From assembly GCA_955652675.1 (NCBI GenBank), contig CATPBP010000007.1, forward strand, positions 19,354-83,353: DNA of 64,000 nt, written 5' to 3'. Source of the DNA: Candidatus Dormiibacterota bacterium. GTDB taxonomy: Bacteria > Chloroflexota > Dormibacteria > Dormibacterales > Dormibacteraceae. Every line of letters begins with the position of its first letter. Within the stretch, counting starts at the first letter, position 1. This document shows, one piece after another, positions 8,259 through 16,257 of this stretch. A program made the position numbers and the translations under genes. The notes under the pieces are model-generated. The model searched no databases. It was not told where the DNA came from and saw nothing but the letters and a program-made list of their open reading frames with translations.

Positions 8259-9917
8259 TTACTCCCTCGCTGACCCTCCCTGCACGGGGGAGGGAACTGC
8301 GTCTTCAGCGATTGGTTCGGCGGTGTTTCGGAGGGCTTTCTTGTCGAACTTGAGGGTTGAGGTCTTGGGGATCTCGTCTATGAAGCGGATCTCGTCCGGG
8401 AGCCACCAGGTCGCGACCTTCCCGGCGAGGAACTCCCTGATCTCCTCGGCGGTCACCTGCCCCTTGTACTCGGGCATCGGGACGACATAGGCGACCGGCC
8501 GCTCCTGCCACCTGCTGTGATGCAGTCCGATCACGGCCGCCTCCAAAACCTTGGGATGCGCCATGACGGCGCCTTCCAGCTCGACCGTGCTGATCCACTC
8601 ACCACCCGACTTGATGACGTCCTTGGTGCGGTCCACGATCGTGACGTAGCCGTCGGGGTCGATGGTGGCCACGTCGCCGGTCCGGAACCAGCCGTCTTCG
8701 GTGATCTTGGTGGGATCGGCGTCGTTCTGATAGCCGCTTGCGATCCACGGGCCCCGGCACTGGATCTCGCCGAAGGCCTCGCCATTCCAGGGCAGCTCCT
8801 CTCCCGTGGTGATGTCGGCGATGCGGATCTCCACGCCCGGCACCGGGACGCCCTGCTTGAGCCGGGCGTTGAATGCCTCTTCGGGCGGGATCCAGCTGCG
8901 GACCAGGGCAACGGTCCCGATGGGCGACGTCTCGGTCATGCCCCAGGCGTGCAGCATGCGGAGGCCCACCCGGTCCATGCCCTCCATCAGGCTGCGCGGG
9001 ATCGCGGAGCCGCCGCAGATCACGGTGTGGACCTTGGGTAGCCGGCGGCCGCTCTTCTCGAGAGCGCCCAGCAGGTTGAGCCAGATCGTGGGCACACCGG
9101 CCAGCATGGTGGCGCCCTCCTGCTCGGCCAGGTCCAGCAGCACCTGTCCGTCGCCCATGAAACGGTCGGGAAAGATCAGCTTGGTGCCGGCCAGGCCGGC
9201 CGCGTAGGGAATGCCCCAGGAGTTGGCGTGGAACATCGGCACGACGGGCAGCAGGACGTCGCTCTCCGACATGCCAAGGCTGTCCTTCTGCAGCACGCAC
9301 ATCGCGTGCAGGAACTGGGACCGGTGCGAGTAGACGACGCCCTTGGGGTTGCCAGTGGTTCCGGAGGTGTAGCACATCGCCGCGGCGGCCCTCTCCTCGA
9401 CCGCCGGCCAGGAGCACTCGGCCTTCTCGGCCGCAATCAGGGTCTCGTAGTCGAGCAGCTCTCCCAGCTTGTGTGGCGGGAGCGGGCCGCCGTCGTTCAG
9501 CACCACGATCTGCCGGACGGACGGCATCCGGCCGGCAATCTTGTCGAGGATGGGAAGAAGCGTCTTGTCGACGAAGACCACGCTGTCGCCGGCGTCCCCG
9601 ACGGTGAACTCGAGCTGGTCTGGGAACAGGCGCAGGTTGAGGGTGTGGAGGACGCCGCCCATGCAGGGCACCGCGTAGTACAGCTCCAGGTGTCTGTAGT
9701 TGTTCCAGCAAAGCGTCGCGACCCGATCTCCGGGCTTGACGCCCAACCGGCGGAGAACATTGCCGACCTGGGCGACCCGACCTGAGAGGTCGGCATATGT
9801 ATAGCGGTGCAGGGTGTCCTCCCGCTTGGTGACGATCTCCTTCTTGTCGAAGAGCCTCTCGACGCGCCACAACATGTGCTGGAGCGTGAGCGGGTAGTCC
9901 ATCATCAGTCCATTCAC
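8259..9917 (-). CDS. fadD: long-chain fatty acid-CoA ligase / AMP-dependent synthetase
   Basis: AMP-binding motifs YTSGTTGNPKGV and GWFRTGD, with a C-terminal lysine region. Start set at a GTG 7 nt after a GGAGG; the ORF is open to 9965. Confidence 0.85.
   Translation of the reverse strand: MNGLMMDYPLTLQHMLWRVERLFDKKEIVTKREDTLHRYTYADLSGRVAQVGNVLRRLGVKPGDRVATLCWNNYRHLELYYAVPCMGGVLHTLNLRLFPDQLEFTVGDAGDSVVFVDKTLLPILDKIAGRMPSVRQIVVLNDGGPLPPHKLGELLDYETLIAAEKAECSWPAVEERAAAAMCYTSGTTGNPKGVVYSHRSQFLHAMCVLQKDSLGMSESDVLLPVVPMFHANSWGIPYAAGLAGTKLIFPDRFMGDGQVLLDLAEQEGATMLAGVPTIWLNLLGALEKSGRRLPKVHTVICGGSAIPRSLMEGMDRVGLRMLHAWGMTETSPIGTVALVRSWIPPEEAFNARLKQGVPVPGVEIRIADITTGEELPWNGEAFGEIQCRGPWIASGYQNDADPTKITEDGWFRTGDVATIDPDGYVTIVDRTKDVIKSGGEWISTVELEGAVMAHPKVLEAAVIGLHHSRWQERPVAYVVPMPEYKGQVTAEEIREFLAGKVATWWLPDEIRFIDEIPKTSTLKFDKKALRNTAEPIAEDAVPSPVQGGSARE
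8262..8297 (+). repeat. REP-like repeat copy (CCCTCCC tgcac GGGGGAGGG)
   Basis: Hairpin-forming motif. Overlaps the last codons of the minus-strand acyl-CoA ligase ORF. Confidence 0.6.
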
Positions 9918-9946
9918 GGCTTTACCTCCGTTCCGAACCATGGCGC

Positions 9947-10768
9947 ATGAAGGCCGGCCGCGCAAGCTCCTTAACAGGTAGCGGGCCGGCCGCGGCGGCG
10001 GACGCGCAGACCCAGGCTGAGCCCGATCCCGCCCAGCAGACGGAGGAGGCCGCCCAGCCAGAGCGGGGCCATGCCGATCTGCACATGCACACGAGCTTCA
10101 GTGACGGCTGGCCGGGCCCGGTCCAGGTCGTGAGACAGGCGCGACAGCTCGGTCTGGCAGTGATCGCGGTGACGGATCACGACACCATCGAGGGCGCGCT
10201 CTGGGCGGCGGCCTACGCGGGAAGCTCCGGGCTGGCCCCCGAGGTCATCGTCGGCGAGGAGATCTCGACCCGCCAGGGCCACGTGGTGGGGCTGTTCCTG
10301 GAGAAGCGGATCCGCCCCGGCCAGTCGGCCGCTGCGACTATCGCGGCCATCCACCGGCAGGGCGGCATTGCCTTTGCGCCCCATCCCTTCTGGCGCACCA
10401 AGAACCCCTCCCGCCCGCGGCGGGTGCACGGCGTGGGCTGGCAGGCCGCCGAACTCGACTTCGATGCCATCGAGGTCGAGAACTCGACCCCTGGCTTTTA
10501 CCTCTTCAATCAGCTGGCACAGCGGCTCAACGAAGATGCCGGGCGGGCAGCTCTGGGAAACTCCGACGCCCACATCCTGGACGCGATCGGCCGCTCCTAC
10601 ACGAGCTTCCCCGGCTGCACGGCGCTCGACCTGCGTTTGGCCGTCGAGGGCCGGCTGACCCAGGCGCACCGCAGGCGGTACCCGGCCATGGCGCTCGTGC
10701 GCTACGCGGCCTGGGGGATCGAGCACCGCCGGCTGCGCCGGCTGGCTTCGGCCCGCCGCAGCGCCTGA
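9947..10768 (+). CDS. PHP-domain metal-dependent phosphoesterase
   Basis: ADLHMHTSFSDG, AVTDHD and HPF motifs. This ATG is the only in-frame canonical start upstream of the HxH motif. Confidence 0.75.
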   Translation: MKAGRASSLTGSGPAAAADAQTQAEPDPAQQTEEAAQPERGHADLHMHTSFSDGWPGPVQVVRQARQLGLAVIAVTDHDTIEGALWAAAYAGSSGLAPEVIVGEEISTRQGHVVGLFLEKRIRPGQSAAATIAAIHRQGGIAFAPHPFWRTKNPSRPRRVHGVGWQAAELDFDAIEVENSTPGFYLFNQLAQRLNEDAGRAALGNSDAHILDAIGRSYTSFPGCTALDLRLAVEGRLTQAHRRRYPAMALVRYAAWGIEHRRLRRLASARRSA

Positions 10769-10812
10769 GGCACGACCGCAGCGTCTTGAACTGCCGGCTG
10801 CCCCACCCTTCC

Positions 10813-10818
10813 TATAAT
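10813..10818 (+). promoter_or_regulatory. -10 box TATAAT upstream of the tRNA-Arg/tRNA-Leu pair
   Basis: Perfect TATAAT in GC-rich context, ending 8 nt before the mature tRNA 5' end. The TTGAAC upstream is at a non-ideal 21-nt spacing. Confidence 0.4.
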
Positions 10819-10826
10819 TTCCCTGC

Positions 10827-10899
10827 GCCCGCTTAGCTCAACGGATAGAGCGCATGGCTTCGGACCATGAGGTTAGGGGTTCGAATCCTCTAGCGGGCA
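10827..10899 (+). tRNA. tRNA-Arg (anticodon TCG)
   Basis: Acceptor GCCCGCT/AGCGGGC, anticodon stem CATGG/CCATG with loop CTTCGGA, T-arm AGGGGTTCGAATCCTCT. CCA is not encoded. Confidence 0.9.
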
Positions 10900-10925
10900 G
10901 GTGCCTCAGTTGGGGCGCTTCAGCC

Positions 10926-11010
10926 GGGCGGCTGGCGGAACAGGTAGACGCGCACGTTTGAGGGGCGTGTGGGGAGACCCATCCGGGTTCGAGTCCCGGG
11001 CCGCCCACCA
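10926..11010 (+). tRNA. tRNA-Leu (anticodon GAG)
   Basis: Acceptor GGGCGGC/GCCGCCC, anticodon stem CACGT/GCGTG with loop TTGAGGG, long variable arm, T-arm CCGGGTTCGAGTCCCGG, encoded CCA. Confidence 0.9.
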
Positions 11011-11042
11011 CGCCGGCGAACATGGCAAGGCGTTGCCCTCGC

Positions 11043-11849
11043 TCAGTCGATACGGACCTGGTCGCGTTGCCGGATCGCCTCGTAGACCAGCAGCGCGGCG
11101 CTTGTGGCCACGTTGAGCGAGTTCAGCCGGCCGACCATTGGAATCCGGACCTTGAGGTCCGCCGTTCGCAGCCATGGTTCGCTCAAGCCCCCGCTTTCCG
11201 CGCCGACCACTATGGCGACGCCGCGCTTCAGGTCGGCCGCGGTGTACGGGATGTCGGACTCCAGCGTGGTTGCCACGATGGCAATCCCCTGGCCGTGCAG
11301 CCAGGCGATGAGCTCGTCCGGGGCGGACTCCGCGACGGGCACGGAGAAGACGGCGCCCTTGCTGGCCCGGACGATGTTGGGGTTTCCCCAGTCAGTGACT
11401 GCCGGGGAGGAGATGACCGCGTCCACGCCGGCCGCATCCGCCGTGCGAAGCATGGCGCCGAGGTTCCCAGGCTTCTCGACCGATTCGCACACCAGCAGCA
11501 GCGGATCCGGGCGGAGCCGGAGCCTGCCGAGGTCGGTGTCGATGGCCGCCAACACGGCCAGCCACCCGTCCGGCGCCTCGCGGTAGGCGATCTTGCGGAA
11601 GACGGCCTCACTGACCTCGAAGACCTCGGTCCCCAGCTCCTGTGTCGCGTTTATGACCGATGTTTCAGCCTGGTCGCGGATCAGGGCCGGACAGTAATAG
11701 AGGGAGGCGGGCCGAGCTCCGCTGCTCAGTGCCACCGCCAGCTCGTCGTAACCGTCCACCAGGATCTGATGCGACCGGTCGCGTTCAGAGCGCTTGCGGA
11801 GCGCCTGCAACCCCTTGACCCGGGGGTTTTGAGGGCTGGTTATCAGCAT
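11043..11849 (-). CDS. TrmH/SpoU-family RNA 2'-O-methyltransferase
   Basis: SpoU motifs (GNLGAMLRTADAAG, VVGAESGGLS, IPMVGRLNSLNVATSAAL). Start set at MLITSPQNPRVKG; the ORF is open to 12044. Confidence 0.8.
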   Translation of the reverse strand: MLITSPQNPRVKGLQALRKRSERDRSHQILVDGYDELAVALSSGARPASLYYCPALIRDQAETSVINATQELGTEVFEVSEAVFRKIAYREAPDGWLAVLAAIDTDLGRLRLRPDPLLLVCESVEKPGNLGAMLRTADAAGVDAVISSPAVTDWGNPNIVRASKGAVFSVPVAESAPDELIAWLHGQGIAIVATTLESDIPYTAADLKRGVAIVVGAESGGLSEPWLRTADLKVRIPMVGRLNSLNVATSAALLVYEAIRQRDQVRID

Positions 11850-12035
11850 CGGTGCTGGCAAGGAGGGGGCCTCGGAGAGCTTCGCCGGAATGCCTCCTCT
11901 ATACCAGCCGGCGCTACCAGCCGGCGCTGCCGGCCTGCAGGCTTGAAGCGGGGGGCGCGCGGACAAACGTTTGGGCGCAAATTGACACGAGATCGACATG
12001 TAATCCGGCTCATCGCGGGGCACACTGTCACTTGA

Positions 12036-12587
12036 ATGAGTCACGAAGATGGGCCTCGCGGCTCGTCGGACCTCGACCCGGCCACGCAGTTCCCACTGTT
12101 ATACGAGCGGGAGTACGGCGCCGTCTATCGAACGATCAGGGCGATGGTCCTCGACTCGGCCGATGCCGAGGACCTGACGCAGGAGGCCTTTGCCCGCGCC
12201 TACCGCGCCCGGACCAGGTACAGACCGACGGCGCCGCCGGGAGCCTGGCTTCACCGAATCGCGGTCAACACGGCGATCTCTTACCTTCGGCGCCGCAGGC
12301 TGAGCCGGCTGCTCCCGGTTCGCCTCTACCAGACGCCAGACGACCGTGAGTACTCCCGGAGCGAGGCGAGGAGCGTCGTGGAGACGGCTCTGGCGGACCT
12401 CAGTCCCCGGTTGCGGGCGGCCGTCGTGCTTCACTACTTTCACGACTACTCCCGCGAGGAGATCGCGCAGATCCTCGGGATTCCGAGCGGAACCGTGGCG
12501 TCGCGGATCGCGAAAGCGATGGTGCTGATGCGCCGCAGGGTGGCCGGAACCGACCAGAACCCGGCTCCGGCGCGTTCGAAGGGTTGA
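12036..12587 (+). CDS. ECF (sigma-70 family) RNA polymerase sigma factor
   Basis: Region 2 (DAEDLTQEAFARAY, WLHRIAVNTAISYLRRR) and region 4 (YSREEIAQILGIPSGTVASRI). Confidence 0.85.
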   Translation: MSHEDGPRGSSDLDPATQFPLLYEREYGAVYRTIRAMVLDSADAEDLTQEAFARAYRARTRYRPTAPPGAWLHRIAVNTAISYLRRRRLSRLLPVRLYQTPDDREYSRSEARSVVETALADLSPRLRAAVVLHYFHDYSREEIAQILGIPSGTVASRIAKAMVLMRRRVAGTDQNPAPARSKG

Positions 12588-12847
12588 GCATGCGGCAAGA
12601 AGAGAGCGATCCTGTGTTCGCAGGCGCCATGCGCAGCGAGGTGGCGGAGTGGCATCCGCACCGCGGTCCCGACCTGGCCGATCTGATGCTGCGCGCCGAC
12701 CATTCCTGGCTCAGACCGGTCATCTTCGCCTCCTCGGTAGGAGCCGCCGCCCTCACCGTCCTCCTGCTGCTCTCGATGCTGATGGTCGTCCTCGCCCCCG
12801 CCATACCCGGCGGCGAAACCATAAAGGCCCACCTGGTAGCCCGCTAA
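12584..12847 (+). CDS. putative single-pass anti-sigma factor
   Basis: 87-aa ORF overlapping the sigma gene stop by 4 nt. One TM segment (VIFASSVGAAALTVLLLLSMLMVVL). Called by position only. Confidence 0.45.
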   Translation: MSMRQEESDPVFAGAMRSEVAEWHPHRGPDLADLMLRADHSWLRPVIFASSVGAAALTVLLLLSMLMVVLAPAIPGGETIKAHLVAR

Positions 12848-12867
12848 ACGGCTGCTTCGAAAAGGAT

Positions 12868-12903
12868 CCCCTCCCAACCCTCCCCAACGAGGGGAGGGAA
12901 ACC
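12868..12903 (+). repeat. REP-like repeat, archetypal copy (CCCCTCCC aa CCCTCCCC aacga GGGGAGGG aaacc)
   Basis: Fills the convergent gap between the anti-sigma stop and the cyclodeaminase stop. 8-bp GC stem. Confidence 0.7.
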
Positions 12904-13821
12904 TCAGAGCTTGATCTCTTCGCCGAGGCCTTCTCGGCGGGCGGCTTCCAGGACTGTTCTGCCGGCGGCTATGTCCCAGATGGCCAGGCCGTGGGACTCG
13001 GCGACCACGGGTCCGTCGCCCGGTGGGAGCGCCGCCTTTCCGGCCAGCACGGCACCGAGTTCGAGGGCACGGTCCACGTCGTAGCCGGCCTGAAGCAGGT
13101 CGCCGCTTTCCAGTCGAGCCGTCTCCCGCTGGTCCACAACCACCGCCCGAGCCGAGTTGACCAGGTCGGCGGGCAGCTCGGCGCGGTGCGGGTAGTTGGA
13201 GCCGGCGCCGATCACGACCGCCCCCGGCTTGACCCAGGCGCATTCGAGCACCGGCTCAGCGCTGGTCGTCATCGTCACCACCACGTCGGCATCCCGCACC
13301 GCGGCCTCGGCCGAGGGCGCCGGAACGCCGCCGAACTCTTCCGCGAACCGCGACCGCTTCTCCGGGTCCCGGCCGAAGACTCGAAGCTCCGCGATGTCGA
13401 GGGCGAGGCGCAGCGCCTGCGCCTGGGTCCGGGCCTGCCAGCCGGTGCCGATCAGCGCCACGGTCTTCGGACCGGCCGGCGACAGACCGCGCGCGGCCAC
13501 ACCGGTTGCCGCACCGGTCCGAAAGGCGCCGAGACGGTCGGCTTCGATCAGTGCCTGAGGGGCGCCCTCGAGGTCGTAGAGGATGACCAGGAAGCGAGCC
13601 CCGCCGGATGCCACCGTGTAGGACTTGAGTCCGGTCAAGCCGATCTCGGGCCAGCTGGCGAACATCACGTTCAGGACTCCGCCCGGCGGGAAGACGCGGC
13701 GGCGCGGCTGATTCTCGGCTTTGCCGGTTCCCAGGGCGACCAGGGAGGCCTCGACGGCTTCCATCACCGTGCCCATGTCAACCAGGCGTTCCACGTCGGC
13801 CTCACGCAGCAGCAGCGCCAC
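12904..13821 (-). CDS. ornithine cyclodeaminase / mu-crystallin family protein
   Basis: Family-typical N-terminus ALLLREADVERL and Rossmann motif VALIGTGWQA. Start set at a GTG; an upstream ATG at 13845 is the alternative. Confidence 0.8.
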   Translation of the reverse strand: MALLLREADVERLVDMGTVMEAVEASLVALGTGKAENQPRRRVFPPGGVLNVMFASWPEIGLTGLKSYTVASGGARFLVILYDLEGAPQALIEADRLGAFRTGAATGVAARGLSPAGPKTVALIGTGWQARTQAQALRLALDIAELRVFGRDPEKRSRFAEEFGGVPAPSAEAAVRDADVVVTMTTSAEPVLECAWVKPGAVVIGAGSNYPHRAELPADLVNSARAVVVDQRETARLESGDLLQAGYDVDRALELGAVLAGKAALPPGDGPVVAESHGLAIWDIAAGRTVLEAARREGLGEEIKL

Positions 13822-13839
13822 GGCCGACAGAATAGCCAG

Positions 13840-15135
13840 GTGCATCACCAGGCGTTGAGGGTTGGGCTGATCGGGCTGGGCACAGTTGGCGGCCAGGTGG
13901 CCGACCGCCTGCTCAACCATGCGGAGCCGCTGCGGCGGCGGTCGTCTGGCGTCGAGCTCATCCTGCACCGGGTGCTCGTCCGCGACCTCCAGAAGAAGCG
14001 GGTCGTGCAGGTGCCGTCCGAGATGCTGACCGACGATCCGGCCCGGGTCCTCGACGATCCCGAGATCGACGTCGTGGTCGAGCTGGCCGGCGGGGAGGAG
14101 CCTGCCCGTGGTTACCTGGAGCGGGCGCTGCGGAACCGAAAGCACGTGGTCACGGCCAACAAGCTGGTCCTCGCCCGGCACGGTCCGGAGCTGCTCGAGC
14201 TGGCCGGCGAGATGAACGTCGACGTCTACTTCGAAGCCGCCGTGGGCGGCGGCATCCCCCTGATCAGCACCTTCAAGGTCGACCTGCTGGCAAACGAGAT
14301 CGAGCGCATCCTGGCCGTCATCAACGGCACCACAAACTTCGTACTGGGCCGGATGGCAAACGCGGGCGCCGAGCTGGCGGAGGCGGTGGCCGAGGCGCAG
14401 GCAGCCGGGTTCGCAGAGGCCGATCCCACGCAGGACCTGGGGGGTTACGACGCGGCGTACAAGATCGCCATCCTGGCTTCGATCGGGTTCGGGGCGCGGG
14501 TCCACCCCGACCTCGTCTACCGGGAGGGCATCGAGGGCGTTCGTGCCGTCGACTTCCGGTACGCCAGGGAGCTGGGCTACGAGCTGAAGCTAGTGGCCGT
14601 GGCGACGCGGGAGCCGGGCGGGCATCGGGTGGAGGCGCGGGTTCACCCCGCGCTGGTGCCGCACGGCCATCCGCTGGCCTCGGTCGAGGGGGCCGCAAAC
14701 GCCGTCTACATCGAGGGCGACCTGGTCGGCGGGGTGCTGCTCCAGGGCCAGGGTGCGGGCGGCCGGCCAACCGCCTCCAGCGTGGTGGGAGACCTGATCG
14801 AGCTCGCCCGCTCCATCCGCCGGCAGGTGCAGAACCGCGCCGCCTTCGAGTTCGACCCGATGGTCCAGGTCGTGCCGATGGCCGAAGTCATGACACGGGC
14901 CTACCTGCGCTGCCGGGTCGCCGACCGGCCGGGAGTGCTGGCCGCGATCTTTCAGGTCTTCGGGGAAGAGGGGGTTAGCATCGCGAGCGCCATCCAGAAG
15001 GAGTCCGACGACCGATCCGCCGAATTCGTGGTGACCACCCACCCGGCCTCCGATGCAGCCCTCCAGAGGACCCGGGCCCGGATCGCGGAACTGGACGTGG
15101 TGGTGGCCGTGAACTCGTTCCTGAGGGTCCTGTGA
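13840..15135 (+). CDS. hom: homoserine dehydrogenase
   Basis: LRVGLIGLGTVGG NAD-binding motif, catalytic core and C-terminal ACT domain. Start is GTG 13840 or TTG 13855. The 828-aa track ORF is an upstream run-on. Confidence 0.9.
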   Translation: MHHQALRVGLIGLGTVGGQVADRLLNHAEPLRRRSSGVELILHRVLVRDLQKKRVVQVPSEMLTDDPARVLDDPEIDVVVELAGGEEPARGYLERALRNRKHVVTANKLVLARHGPELLELAGEMNVDVYFEAAVGGGIPLISTFKVDLLANEIERILAVINGTTNFVLGRMANAGAELAEAVAEAQAAGFAEADPTQDLGGYDAAYKIAILASIGFGARVHPDLVYREGIEGVRAVDFRYARELGYELKLVAVATREPGGHRVEARVHPALVPHGHPLASVEGAANAVYIEGDLVGGVLLQGQGAGGRPTASSVVGDLIELARSIRRQVQNRAAFEFDPMVQVVPMAEVMTRAYLRCRVADRPGVLAAIFQVFGEEGVSIASAIQKESDDRSAEFVVTTHPASDAALQRTRARIAELDVVVAVNSFLRVL

Positions 15136-16190
15136 ACGGCGCTCGCACGGGAGTCATAGCGAGGTACCGTGACTGGCTGCCGGTCAGCGATGCCACTCCG
15201 GCGCTTGACCTGCGAGAGGGATCGACCCCCCTGGTGCGGAGCCAGAACCTGGGTCCCGCGCTGGGTTTGAAGCGCCTCTACTTCAAGTACGAGGGCCTCA
15301 ACCCGACGGGCTCCTTCAAGGATCGAGGGATGGTCGTGGCCGTTGCCAAGGCTTTGGAGGAGCGAGCCCGGGTCCTGGTCTGCGCCTCGACCGGGAATAC
15401 CTCTGCCTCGGCGGCGGCCTACGCCGCCAGCGCCCGACTGCGCGCCATCGTGGTCGTGCCGGCGGGCGAGATAGCGCTCAACAAGCTCTCCCAGGCGCTC
15501 ATGTACGGCGCCAAGGTGATCGCGCTCCGAGGCAGCTTCGACACGGCGCTCGCAGCGGTGCGCGAGCTGGCGGCATCCTATCCGGTCGTTCTCGTGAACT
15601 CGGTGAACCCCTATCGGCTGGAGGGCCAGAAGACCGCCGCCTTCGAGATCGTGGACGAGCTCGGGGAGGCGCCGGACTACCTGGTCCTGCCGGTCGGCAA
15701 CGCCGGCAACATCACCGCCTATTGGAAGGGGTTCAAGGAGTACCACGCCGGGGGCCGCTCCTCGGTTCTGCCCCGAATGGTGGGAGCCCAGGCCGAAGGG
15801 GCCGCCCCCATCGTCAGAGGGCACGTCTTCGAGAAGCCGAAGACGGTGGCCAGCGCCATCAAGATCGGGCATCCAGCCAGCTGGGAGGGCGCCACCATGG
15901 CCCGCGACGAGTCGGGTGGAAGCATCGACGCGGTGAGCGACACCGAGATCCTTCGCGCCCAGGTGCAGCTGGCGTCGATGGAGGGCCTCTTCGCCGAGCC
16001 GGCGTCCTGCGCCCCGCTGGCGCTGCTCGTGCGCCTGGTCCGCGAGGGTCGCATCGAGAAGGACTCCACGACGGTGGTGGTGCTGACAGGCAACGGGCTC
16101 AAGGACCCGGAGGCCGCGCTCGGCAACGTCCCGCCACCGGTGGAGCTGGAGGGCGACGCCCGGGCGCTGGCGAAGGTGCTGAAGTTGTGA
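15132..16190 (+). CDS. thrC: threonine synthase
   Basis: PLP lysine context (NPTGSFKDRG) and GNAGN loop. GTGA overlap with the hom stop. Confidence 0.9.
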   Translation: MNGARTGVIARYRDWLPVSDATPALDLREGSTPLVRSQNLGPALGLKRLYFKYEGLNPTGSFKDRGMVVAVAKALEERARVLVCASTGNTSASAAAYAASARLRAIVVVPAGEIALNKLSQALMYGAKVIALRGSFDTALAAVRELAASYPVVLVNSVNPYRLEGQKTAAFEIVDELGEAPDYLVLPVGNAGNITAYWKGFKEYHAGGRSSVLPRMVGAQAEGAAPIVRGHVFEKPKTVASAIKIGHPASWEGATMARDESGGSIDAVSDTEILRAQVQLASMEGLFAEPASCAPLALLVRLVREGRIEKDSTTVVVLTGNGLKDPEAALGNVPPPVELEGDARALAKVLKL

Positions 16191-16206
16191 TCTTTTCAGG
16201 CACGAC

Positions 16207-16247
16207 GCCCTCCCTGGCCCTCTCCCGCAAGGGGGAGGGAATTAACC
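16207..16247 (+). repeat. REP-like repeat copy inside the thr operon (loop GCAA)
   Basis: gccctccctggCCCTCTCCCgcaaGGGGGAGGGaattaacc, located between thrC and thrB. Confidence 0.65.
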
Positions 16248-16257
16248 GATTTCATCC

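Noticed and set aside
11978-12005. TTGACA … TGTAAT as a sigma-70 promoter for the ECF sigma gene.
   Set aside because: The spacing between the hexamers is about 11-13 nt, which is too short. It is left uncalled.
12649-15135. 828-aa plus-strand ORF and 533-aa minus-strand ORF (12904-14505) that look like giant fusion proteins.
   Set aside because: Only the C-terminal 431 aa (hom) and the C-terminal ~305 aa (cyclodeaminase) show family features. The N-terminal parts are antisense read-through of each other. The same reasoning trims 40342-42630 (cca), 16794-18281 (lysC), 17300-19306 (ychF), 34759-37260 (lon) and 11043-12044 (trmH).
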